Positions 13,574 through 26,758 of a stretch of 64,000 nucleotides of DNA are shown piece after piece; position 1 is the stretch's first letter, and the number at the start of each line of letters is the position of its first letter. A model generated the notes under the pieces. The model was not told the DNA's origin, did no database searches, and saw only the letters and a list, made by a program, of their open reading frames with translations. The position numbers were made by a program, and so were the translations under genes. This stretch comes from Daphnia carinata (lineage: Eukaryota), in NCBI RefSeq assembly GCF_022539665.2, contig NC_081333.1, forward strand, positions 10,850,001 to 10,914,000, given 5' to 3'.

Positions 13574-16500
13574 CCGAATACACTCTTTTTTTTTTTTATT
13601 ACTTGCTCAGTGAACTTCTTTTCTTTTTTTGGCCGACGGCCCGCCGTATAGTCGCCACTGGGGCTGCTGTTTGGGGGCTGTTTGCGCCCTTTTCTCTTCT
13701 CTAATGTAATCGAGATAGTTCACACAAAATTATAGACTCTCTTTTCTCAGCCTCCGATATCGAATGACTAGCAACAACAAAAATCATCCCTGGGTTTTTT
13801 TGTGTGTGTAGGAAACCCATCGGTATAGCGCAGTATAGGTACATCCTCGGGCGTGTTACGCAAGTTTTCGATCACGACCGACCCGAAGCTGAGAACGACA
13901 ATAGGTGGAGATAGAAAAAAAGGGGGGGTTGGGTTGGGGATTGCGATAGGGTATGTTTCAAAAGAAGAAGTAAGAAAATGAATATAAAATGATTAAAAGA
14001 AAAAAAAAAGGGAAGAAAAATCTCACGGTATGGGTCAGTCACTGTCTCGGACTCTTTTAATACTACATGTCTATGTAAATGAGATGATCGGTAGGCAATA
14101 ATCACAATATTTATAGAGGAAAAAAAATCATACCGGCTGGGCCTGTGAAATATAGAAAGAGCCTTGTGAGAAATACAAAGTTTAGAGGCAGAGCTGCTGC
14201 ATCGAAGTGGAATAAATTTAAATACTAGTCCAGCTAATAGCGGGGTGAATAAAGATGGAGGGGGGTATGTAGTTCTAGTAGTACACATACTTTACATAAG
14301 CGGCTTGCTTGGTATGTCAGAAATCTCCAATCAGAAACAAAAAAATCCTTTCTTCTTCCTCGTTTTACATCAGCCAAACTGAACGCCAACTCACGACCGT
14401 GTAGGCCAACGTTAAAATTTGGCAGGTGCTTTTCGTTCCAAAGGAAAATCAGCTTAAGACAAAAAGGCATTCGGTTTAATGTTTGACCAAAACCTCAGAC
14501 GGTGGTCCTTAAAAGATGCGCTTCTGTAAGTGTAAAAGACGTTTTCGGTTTCTCTCCAGGCACTCACGAAAAAAAAAAAGAAGGAACCAAACAGCTCAAA
14601 CACACACACACACACACACACACAAAACATGTGTGTTTCAATATTTATGTTAAAGACAATGGGCCGTGTGTACAGATCGCCGATGTTGAGGCCCGTCCTA
14701 CAAGGACCATTAGATGCGCGTCTATCGTATAAAATATGGGCAAATGTTACGGAGCGGGTTCTGTGCTTTTCGTTGTCTTTCCCTCCAACTGCACAAACGA
14801 TGTCGAAAACGGTTCGGGAATGTATGTAAAGAAACAGATTTAACTATACACTTTGTATGTGTACATGCATTATGATGTGGTGCCTGTGTTGTTTGGAAAT
14901 TCCTTGGACATTAGGCCTATATATATATATGTACATTACGAACGCCTCCTTTTATGCAAATGAACGGGATCCCGGTGGTCATTAAAAAGTGCCTCCCGAA
15001 AGCCCCCCCCCCCCCAAAAAAAAAAAAAATGAACAAGAGAAGCTAACTGTTTGTTTCTTCTGTGGTACGTTGCCCATACATTGCATTCACTGTCGCTATG
15101 TGTTCCTTCTCTTTTTCCATTCTTTCTTTTTGTTTGGCACACCTGAGCCTTTCATGGCTGTCATTATCGTTAGCAGTTTTTCTTCAGAAAAAAAAAAATT
15201 CAAATAAAAAAAATTGAATAAAAAGGCTGGCGTGGTTCGAACCCCTGTCTCCCGTAGCACAGCTGGTGCGATATATAGAGCCATATACACCTGCAGGCAG
15301 GTATAACAATTGGTGACCTTGTTTTTACCCATCCTGTTATAGTCCATATTTTCTGATTCGATTTTAATGACATCGTTTCAGTGGCGCATTTTTTTTTTTT
15401 GTTGGTCGACTTTTGTTTTGTTTTTCCTTACCCTACCTTCCTTCTTTGAATTTACCTGAAAACCGTCCTTGAATCGTTTTGCATTTGGGGTGACGCATCG
15501 CAATCGATTTCCCGAAGGAAAACTTTTAAAATGTCACCCCTTCCCCACAGCCTCCATGGATTTTGAAGGATACCTTGTTTCTTACTCTGCCTCTTTCTTC
15601 GACAACCTAAAAAAAGCTGCACGTGTCGACTTTCGCCGTTTGTATTTCAGTTGGTGCACACCTTTCAGTAGGGTACACGAATTACTGGGGATGATTCACC
15701 TGTGAAAAATCCTGCGCAAGCCAACCCAAACATACATCAAAAGGTACGGTTTGATACAATCAATCTTAAATAGGAAAACTGTGTAAATGATTTTCATTAG
15801 ATTTATGCATTTAACTCATCCGTATTAAGAAAACAATAGCTGAAAAAATTTAGCCACAGAAATAAAGTGCCATAGCTCCGGTTGTTGTTGTTGTAAGAGT
15901 TTAGCTTTGGAGGTCACATCGAACCAAAAATAACAGCAAAAAAAAAAAAAACCCAAAACAAAGAATCGATAAGACAAAAAGAAAATGGAAAACTATGGCC
16001 GTTGTTTGTGTATATTCTAATTGGAACATGACGCGTGCTGCGCCCATTGCACACTCCTATATACGTGTCGGCTGCGCGTTGCTCCCGCTACATGTTGCGT
16101 CCGTCATTTGATCGCCCGTCTTCATCCATATTCATTTGTTTTCTTTTTAATGGATCGGGTTGCATTTTTGTTTTGTTTAGCGTTCATCGTTCGTCTGATT
16201 TAAATAGCCCGCCTCGGCTTATGTGTGTGTGTGTGTGTGTGTGTTAGTCGAACCTTTCAAACGATACAAATTACACTCTCAGAGGCTGGTCAAATCATTC
16301 TTTACAGACATCCACAGCGGAACGCACGCGCTTTACTGGCGTTGTTTGCTCCGAAAAAAAAAAAACAAAACACGAAAAACGGCGCAACAAAAACAAAATT
16401 TCAATAGGGTCATAAACGCAGGCGAACACACGTCACTCTGAACGTTTATTTGTGTGTGTGGCCACTGATTTATAGAGCGTTAAAAGGTTGAGGGGTGATA

Positions 16501-19500
16501 CGCGAATAGGCTCACCTTTTCTTTCAAGGTGGTATATCGCCCGTTAACTTTCCAACTGTTTCCAGATTTAAACCAGAATCGATTTCCTTTCCACCCCCCT
16601 CACTTTTTAATTTGGTTTTCGTGGGGGGGATGCTATTCCGATCTGTTTAGTTGGAATGGTTTCACATCGTTCACAAAAGGCCATTGCGTTTCATCGTTTC
16701 ATGGACCCATTGGCCCATTATGTTTGTAATGATCTTCTACACTTCAAACGCTTGCATTTGTCCAATGACTGCAAGAGAGAAAACCATTAGCTCCACATAA
16801 ACCGTAGTTGTGTGAAAATAAAAATGAAATGAAAAACTGTGTGAATGTTGGAACGAGACCAATTCACTACGGACGTGATGACGATGGCTAGCGGTCAATC
16901 ATCGTAGTTAATGTGTTCCCTTTCAAACCGGACTCTTAGTGTTTTTCGTTATTCTCCTTCATTTTCCTCTTTCTCATTTCGTGCAATAATTTTTGAAATA
17001 AATAATAGTAAAAAAAAGAAAAAAGAACGTGGTCGGAGTTTAACGACGTCATTTCCATGCTAATCGCTCGACACCATTCCTCAATTGAAAGCCGAGAAAT
17101 GGGAAAGGTTGCATAATGCACACGCGGTCATGTTGCACCGGCTGAGCTTTGATTTATATACGGAATGAGGCGGAGAAAATGATGATGAAGAAAACGGTGG
17201 AAATGCACCAGCGACGACCTACTTTGATTTGACGATGCCAAAATAAAAAGAAGAGAAGGAAAGAAATATAACACGACATGTCATTCGTAGATTCTTGTCA
17301 CGACGTAATGAGAGGAAACGAGTCATTATTAATTACGTAAAAAAAAAGGAAAGAGAAAGGAAACGAAATAAAACTTTTCTTTTCACTATAAAATGAGTCA
17401 AACACATTCCGGACTAATTGCGGCTGAAATAAATAAAAAAAGAAAAGAAAAAGGAGATGCGCCATGTGGATTTTTGGCCCTTCTTTCCTCTCCTTTTTTT
17501 TTTTTTCTTTATTTTATTTGGATTATTTTCCTCCCCTTTTTGCCCCATCCATTATTATTACGCCTTCAGTCTCGTTTCACTTTTTACTTTGGGAGACTTC
17601 GTTGTCTGATGACGAACGTAACTAGACATGGGTCATTATGTCATCGACATGTCGACAGCCCAGCAGCGCATGTCCAACGGCGTTTGCTCGTTGAGGGTAT
17701 AATCATACATTGAACATCAACTCATGCCCATTCGCAGCTAATGTAACAGGTATAGCTTTTCTCTTTTTATTTTCAAATTTGAATTTCTTTTTGTTTCCTA
17801 AAACAAAAAATGTTTTTCTTTTTTTTTTTTTCAATGATGATTTACCGTCCACTGTCCGAGATGATCCGGCCGCTGTGCCTCGACTTCTCTTCAATCGAAT
17901 TGGCCCGTGAGTTTCTTTTTTTTTCTTTTTAGAAGCCCCAACTTTGCTGCTGTTGTGCACTCGTGGACAGAGTATTTCTCTGTCATGTCGAAGTGGGCAG
18001 TTAAAAAGAAAAGAAAACAAACACAAAATGTGTCCGGACAGGCGAAAGCAGAGAAGAAGGTTAAAAAAAAAAAAAAGAAAAAGAAAAAAGAATATACAGG
18101 CATCCGGATGTGTGTGTACAAGGGTATCATAAATCACCACTCCTTTCTTTGATGGTTCCAGCACGGCCAACCTTTTCTCCTTCACGCACACCAGCAAAAA
18201 GAAAAATGAAACTTACCACCACTACTAAAACTGAAATGAAATATACCGAAAATTTAAATTTAGAAATCATCTTTCCTTTTCTTCTTTTGCGATGCACATT
18301 GTGTGTAGCGTATATAGCCTACTTCGGAAGACCCACACAATGAACTAGAAATACGAAATTAAGAAAATGGTACACGAAAAAAAAAAAAAAAAAACCCAGA
18401 GAGGGTGGAGGGGCGTTTTCATCCTGGAACTTGTACGGATCTCATCGCAATAGCGGCGCGTAGGCGAAGGCACAAAATCCATCATCCGCTTCTTGTTGTC
18501 CATATTCTTTCCAAACCACCACACACACCAAAAAAAAAAAAAATAAAAAAAAAAATAAGTAGATGTTATGCATTTTTTTATTTTAACATCATCAGTTCTG
18601 GATCCATCGACAATTATGAGTTTTCCACAAAAAAAATAAGAATCTTCTTCCAGAGTTGTGAAGAGAGATCAAGGCGAAGAGCGGGCGTGGGCGGTAGGTG
18701 GGTGGACACGTAACGAGTATAACGAAGTATAACGAGATGCTACATTATGTGTATTCTTTTTGATTCTGTGGAGGTCACGAAGATGCTTCCGCAATTTGCC
18801 TCTTTTGCTTCTTCGTGTGCTCCATCCACGGGCTTGCATATGGCAGGCCAGCAATTATCCGTCTATATGTAAGATCAGGCCGCATGTAACAACGTTTCAT
18901 CTTGTTTTGAAACATTCACGTTTTCCAGACCAGAGGTAGTCCCTCCTCCCCTGGAACGAAGGAAAAAAAAAAAAAAGAGAGAGAAATAGATTATCTCAAC
19001 CATAGTGTACGTATGCAGAGTAGGGCGATCGGTTTTTCCTTTTATTTTTTTTTTTTTTGCGGGATGTATATCGAAAACGTGACGTGCTTGTTGTTGATGA
19101 ACAATGCAAGCCAACACGGCCATACTCGAGACAGGTACACACGGACGAATGCGAAGAGGAGGTGATAATTTTCTCATAGAATCCAAGGTTAATCATCATC
19201 ACGGACATCGTCAGACTTATGCGTTTCGAGTACCCGTTTTTTTCTTAAATATTCGTGTTAAAAAAAAAGGAAAAAAAAAAAATCCTTTTGTAAACGGGGA
19301 AGATGGAAAAGAAAATAAATAAAAAAAAATGTCGAGAAATAGTGCTAGAGCTTTAAGGTTTTTTATATCAAAACCTATAGAGGAATATGGGAGATCGTTA
19401 AAACAAAATTTCCCCCCGGCGCGCTTGTAATCGAATGGCTGCATATAACACACACACACGAGCCACTAACGGGGCTATACTATTACCGATCATCAAACTA

Positions 19501-22500
19501 CTATTTCAAATGCAAAAGGTGTGCATATAGTGCTATATAAATACACGTATAAAAAAATAAATACATAAATGAATAAACTGACGAAATGTTTGATGGCCTT
19601 GCTGGACACCATTTTTTTTTTTTTTAAGGTTTCCCCGCTGTAAACTCCCGTACGGGATCCTCCTCGTCAAAGGACGGCGACTTGCAATGTCATTAATGAC
19701 TTGAATATGTCAGACTTTTAGGCACCAGCAACAAACAGTGTGTAACAACAACAACAACAACAACAACCAAAAAAAAAAAAAGGGGGGGGGGGGGAATAAA
19801 AGAAAATAAATTTTTTAAAATTTCATTTCATATAACAACTTTTTTTTGTTCAGTTTGTTTTATGACTTGGCGATCGTATTGCGCATTTTGGATCCGATCA
19901 CCTTAGAGAAAGAAAAAAAAAAGCGCTGTAATGCGGCTTCTTCTCTTTTTGATGAAAATAGAAAAAATAAATAAAAGAAGAGAGAGAGAGAGAGAGAGAG
20001 AAAGAAAAGAACATGGCAAAAATAATAATAGACACAGAAAGTCATTTGCCCCGTGTGGTTGCCCGTTGTCCATAATTTCAATCTGATGTTCCCCTATGAA
20101 GAATCTGGCCGAGTATAGACTAGCAAAAGTAAAAGTTCTTGAACAAAAAAAAAAAAAAAATTCTTATTGTCTTTTGTTGAAACGAAAATAAAAATCCATT
20201 TCACGCGTCCATCTTTGTTCTTTATCTGCATTTTTGATTTACCATAAGAAAAATCGATGACCCCCCCCCCCTGTGTTGGGTCACCGTAAAAACAAAAACG
20301 TTTCGTGTTGGTTTTCTTTTTTGAAAAAATTCATTTTCGAAATACAAATTTTTTTTCTTTTTTTAAGGTGATGACGTGTAAATGGATAACTGGGACTTTG
20401 CGGGCGGGCTAGTTAAAAAAAAAAAAAAAGGAAAGATCGCTAACTAGATCATTGTTATTTGTTGTTGTTTTGTTTTTTTCAGACTGTGGTCCGTTTAACA
20501 CAACAATGAAGCAACGCGTTAAAGCCTTTCCCGGCGGTCCTGCGGGTTGTGTGTATCTCGCCTTGATTTGAATATATTTTTTTTTAGTTTTCTTGTGTTC
20601 AGTCCGCCTTTTTTATGACTGACCCGTCAGTTGGTCCGATTTTGGCATTAGCCGGCCAAAAAAAAAAAATACATTTTTTTGTTTTTGTTTTACGAAATAA
20701 ATTTCTTCTTTCCTATCCTGTAATAATAACTGTCTCGAACAAACAAAAAAGGGGCCAAAGGAGAAAAACGATCGATGGCGCGAGCTCGCACAACGAGAAC
20801 CTTAAAAACATTTAATATAACATTCAGAGCACGGTGCTGACTGATCGTATACGTACACTCCGATTCCGATCTCCTTTTAATGGCTAGTCGCGTCACGCAA
20901 TTTAAAACAAAATGTTTTCAAAACAACAAGAAAATCACATATTTTTTTTTTTTTTTTTTTCCCAAGCAGCAATCTAAAAATAAAATTCATATGCAATCAT
21001 ACAATTGAGATTCACTATTTTAATTGATTCGGCTTTGAATGAGCAAAAAAAAAAAAAAAAAAAAACCCAACAGAATCCGGTATACAGAAAATGAGCGTAC
21101 TATTTCGAAACGCGCGGTCATAAGTGTGGGAGATGATGATTTTCAATCACTCGCTGGAATGTGCCAAATAAGAAAACAACGGTATAGAAAAAAAAAAAAT
21201 GAAGAAGCAGCTAAGAAGCATTTGCATACAGCGCAAAAGTAACACGAACAAAAAAGGGGGGAGGAATTATTTTAGAAGGATAGAAAACAATAGAAGCTCG
21301 CACCAGCAAAATATGGTGATTACACATATTGTCTCGTAGGTAGAGCAAGAACCATTTTTACGACGCGGCTCACATATTTTCTTTTCACCAACGCGCGCAA
21401 AAAATAAAATAAAAATGTTTTCAAAAGAACCTTCATCTTTCTTTCTTTGCCCTCCCTCCCTCCCTTTTTTTTTTTTTTTTTTTTTTTTCAAGAAAAGCGC
21501 TACCTTGTCTTCGCTAAACACAAAAGAGAGTTTTGGTTGAACTGGAAGAACAAGTTTCTCCGCGACGGACCATTCGTCAAGTCGGCACGTTAAAAAAAAC
21601 CCAAATTTGAACGGGCCAGGGACTATATATCTCATTGGTTTTACTCATTTCATGGCTGCTGTTGGACAAAAGAAAAGGCGAAACACAACCTCAGAGAAGT
21701 CGTTAAAGATATGCCTCCCCCACCTTTGCGTGTCACCTATTAAACAAGGTGAAATTTGCCCGTCGACTGACCAAAGCTATACATATACGCAATCAGCTCT
21801 ACACGCAGTATATCTACCACGTCGCGCACATGTTCGCTGTTTCTTTTGTGTTAAAAAAAAAAAAAAAAAAGGGGCACTAGTGTTTTATTTTGCTTTTTCT
21901 TGAAAGAAGGTTGTTGCGGAAGAAGAAAAAAAAAAGAAATATGGCGACGAGGCGATTTACGAGCTTGATGGTGTCAATACAGAAGCCGCAGGGTTTCCAG
22001 GTACTGAATTCTACCGACACAACAGCTTTTTTTTTTTTTTTTTTTTGCGCAACGTCCCATTTTGTTTTTCTTCATTGTTTTGTCGTTTTCTATACCAGTC
22101 GTTTTTTTTTTTTTTTTTTTTTTTGGGGGGGGGGGGGGGGTTCTTTTTGCTACCAACTAGTTCAATTTCGGCGCTCTTTACAAAAAGAGATAAAAACGAA
22201 GAGGGTAAGGAAAAGTTCGTCTACGTTGTTTTGTTGCACCCTCTATTTCTTTTTCAAAAAAATTGAGAATGAAAAAGGAAAACTAAACAATATGCCTCCT
22301 GCGACACACCTGGACGAAGAGACTTGCGACTTGGCATGACGTAACAAACACGCAATTGATGCAGTTCGATCAAAGTGTCATTTGGTTTTCCCCGAGTTTG
22401 AATGAAATGATCAAGCAGCAAAAAACAGAATCGGTTGGGGACGTTATGCAAGAAATCGGTAGTTGGCTGAGAACAGGTGACCTCGAGGGCCGCGTGAAAG

Positions 22501-23465
22501 TCGATCGACATCGTCCGGTTGTCATTTTTTTTGGAGGTGAAAAGTGGGGGGTGTTTATTCCGGTTGTGGTCACCATTATTTACGTAACAGTGAGACGCTG
22601 CCGTATTTTCCAATGATGACGAAGGCAAAGGAACAAAAAAAAAACAGCACTAAAGACCCTGATCGCTTCTTATTTACATGAAACGTGTAGGTGCGACGTG
22701 TGCGGGTTGTGCAACGCAACGATCCGGTTCCTTTTTTTCTCACAACATTTCTGTCCTTCATCATTTATCAGCAGCTGCTTAACAAGCTTTTTTTTTTTTG
22801 CCTTTGCCTTCATAACAGTTTTCTATTTTTTTTTTTGTTGTTGTTGTTGAATTATTTTCGCTTGACGTTAGTTCATTTGAATAATATTTGGTGTCCGTAA
22901 TTCAGGCATTTCTTGCGGGGAGAAAACAGAGAAAGACATTGCCAACTGTTTCTGCATTTCTTCTTCTTGAATTTGTAATAATCAGGTGTTGAATCATCGT
23001 TCGTCCGAGAATCCTTTTCACCGGTTACGTTGAGCAATAGCATCAGGTTCGTTGCATATACGTGTTGTTTAAGATCACCTGTAACCCACATCTACATGTG
23101 GGCCGGTTAGGAAGATGTGCCTTTTTCTTGCAGCTAACCATTTAGCTGGACTGGCCATCTAAGGATCGAACCTTCTTCTTTTTATTTCTCATTTTATTTT
23201 ATGTATTTATTCTAATACTCTAACTCATTCAGTCTGCTCTTCGTCTTTTATCCGCGGAATGGCAAACGAACCCCAGATCATATAGCAAAAAAAAAACAAA
23301 AACCAAATTATGGGAAACTGATATCCCGGCGCTCTTCTTTTTATTAGCGCTTTGGATATTTACCCGATTTGGATAGTTTTGTTTTTTTTTTTCTTTCCGT
23401 TTTCGTTGTTTTTTGTTTTGTTTTTTTTTTTTTTACTTTTTTTTGGATTTTATTATGATACCCTT

Positions 23466-23497
<32 letters not shown>

Positions 23498-25429
23498 CCA
23501 TGGTTTCGTTTTGTTTAATGTGCCTGGTCAGTTGAATGTATTCTTCCCCTTTTTTGAAATAAATAAAAAAAGATGGGATAGGGCCCTTTTGATCTTCTTC
23601 TTTTAACATCTCCTCGAATGTAAAAAAAAAAAAAAATCCAGTTCGGAAATCGGTCGTTAACCAGGAAGAACTATGCACGTCTTCTTCTTTCTGCAAATGG
23701 TCTTGCTGGGTGGCGCTTGTTTTAAAAAAGCAAAAATGCATTAACACTTAGGTTGTTAACATTATTTTCCTTAACAAATACACACAAAAAAAAAAAAAAA
23801 AGAAACATAAATCGGGTTTTAAAAATAATCTCAACCGATGGTGTGACCACCCTGATTCCTCCATCCTTTTTTTTGCGCAATATCTCCCTGAAAAAAAAAA
23901 AAAAAAAACTAAGAGCAACATCACAGCACGTAAAAAAAAATATATATATCAACAGGTGAAACTGACCGATCGAGCATTTAAAAAAAAATCAGCCACTAAT
24001 CGAACCTCTTCAAACATTCCAACGTTTATCTTCGTACGTCATTCGAAAAAAAAATATATCGCCAAAGGTGAGAAGAAAAGTGCTGTCCGATGGCGCAGAC
24101 AGACGAGGCTACAATTCTGAAAGGATGTCACCTGTTTTTACTGCGCAAAACAAAAACAAAAAATGTTTTGGCCAATTTCCAATTTCCACTAAACGGCTCA
24201 CCTGTCCGCTTGATCATTGGAGAAATTCACCTGAAAAAAAAGCTAAATAGATGTTGCGTTATACGAATGTTTTGAACATCGTTCCGTACGGTTCCATTTC
24301 TCATTTCGAACAGGTGCGTTGGGAAAATGAATGGTAAACTTTTTCATTCTTGCTACCGCTTTATAGAACGCTGGTTAATACAGTGCCGCTGTTTGCGTTT
24401 TAGACGCTGTCTACCTTAGACAGTGATTCATTCTGCGGCATATGTTATAATGGGAAACGAATAGTTGCATCAACGTTACGTCCACCTGTAATCTCTTAGC
24501 CATTTTGTTCGCCAATTGTAACATTGCCAAAAGCCACGTGACGAGGGCCTTTTATTTTCACTTTGAAAACGGGAAATTCACTAAGAATCAAAAGAGAAAC
24601 GAGTCAGTTGTCTAACAATTTCTACTTGTCTAACGTCGAATCTCAAATGTTTACGATGCTTCAGACAAGAGGAGCGAGAATGATATGACTATTTCTTTTT
24701 TTTTTTTTCTTTCTTCTTTCTTCTTGCTTCTAAAATATAAAATCAAATCATCCACCAGAGCGTGTGAACTGTTTTAAAGCGTGAACGTCTGCCACAGTAC
24801 ACACACAAAAAAGTGAAAATCCTTAATCATTGCGTCTTGGCTGTTTCACGATGAAAAGCCAACGACCAATCCAAGCATCCACATGGCACTACACGTTACA
24901 TGACATATGGGATATTTGTATAAAAAAAAAATAAAAAGGGCAAAGAAAAGAAAAAGGAGGCGGTCCCATTGAACTAACACTTAAGACTGACATTATTTCA
25001 GATAACTATTCCATAGTCTGCCTTTCTTTTTTTTTTTTTTTTTTCTCTCTCGACTGTACCGATTATTATTACCACGAGATGACAAAAGAAAGTCCACAGT
25101 CAGTCTCTTTACGCGTGATGCTTTAACAATGTCGGACGGTGAGTTAGAATAAGAAAAAAAAAAAAAAGAAGGGGGGAGGAAGGATAGGGACTTGGTTAAA
25201 AGAGAAGAGCGCAACGTCACTCTTGTGAACGGGTGGCCCAATGGCACATGTTGAGCAGCGGTGTGTCCGTCGTCATCAACACAACAAGACTTCCAAGGAC
25301 TGTCATTATCAAGCAGTCCCCCAGGTACGCGCTACCTGGAACGAAATGATAAAAATTTGTTTTTTTCTTCTTCTTTTCCTGTTTGATATTTTCTCCGATT
25401 TCTTTAAACAACGTGCAATCACAGGTGAT

Positions 25430-25460
<31 letters not shown>

Positions 25461-26726
25461 CTATCTCGTTTGAAGAAGAGATTGCGCTGGGTTGACCGCG
25501 GCTGCGAGAAAAAAGAGCCGCTCGCATCCCGCGCAAGATGAGCCGCGCTCACTAGCCGGGACAATTGAAGAGTTTATCTAAACCGAAATGAAACGGCCGT
25601 ATCGGATTCGAGTAGAGAAGATTTCGAAATGAATAGGCAATCAGCCGAGCGTTATAGACGCACACACACACACACAGACAAAATCTCAAATATCGCGTCG
25701 TGTGTGACAACGATCCGTCGACAATCATTCCCACACTGTGCCGCTGTTTCGGTCATCAGAGATGCCATGACGTCATCGATTTGCCAGTGCCATGTATTAT
25801 TATTTATTTTTTTCGAAATCCACTCAAAATTCCTCTTCCAAAAATAGAAGCCGAAAGAGACGTGGAAATCAGTGCGTCGAATTATTTACACATACCAAAA
25901 TTCATTCCGTAAAAAGAACGTTGAAAACATTCACAAATTTTATTATAATTTTTTTTTTTTTGTTCTCTCTCTTCGGGCCTTTGTTGTTTTTGAAAAAAAC
26001 AAAAAAACAAATGTTGTTCGCCTTACAGGTGAGCAGAGCCACACAACCAGTTTTTTATTAACTCACTAAAAAAAATCGGTCGGCATTTGCATACGGGACA
26101 GCAGCAGCACATCGAGAGAATAAGCTAACGATAGAGAACCGCGAGTAAGCGCGGGCGGAGACGGACAGTAGAATCGTCATGCAGCCGTCTGTTTTGGTGA
26201 TTGGGTTCGTTTTTTTTTTTTTTTTTTTAACAACCCACCGTTCGTTGTATCGATGAATAAAGAAACAACACATTCCGCAAACTGAGATGACACACAAAAT
26301 GGAAAGCAAAAACCCTCCCCCAACAACCGGACCTAGTAAAAAAAAAAAAAAAAAAAGGTGTCTGGGCTCGTAACAGGTTCAGGTGTCTTATCGTCGTGTT
26401 ACATCTTAAACGCGCTTGTGTCAGCTTCATGATGAAAAGAAAAACCGAAAATATTTTCATATTTTTTTTTTTTTTTTTTTTTTTTGTCTATTTGATGCGA
26501 GTAGCGTCTCTGAAACTCAGCTGCTTTATGGCTGGATATTTTTTTATTTTGATTGCTTTACCAAATAGCCCGAGCAGCTATATAGCACCACTTGTATATC
26601 TCACTCGTTTTTATATGTGTGTCACTCGCATTCTCTAGCTGACTTTTGCCTTGGCCATATATCCTATATATTAGCATTCCGTACAATACCACACGAACGG
26701 CCAGTGAAGGGAGTCATTGGGGTCGT

Positions 26727-26758
<32 letters not shown>

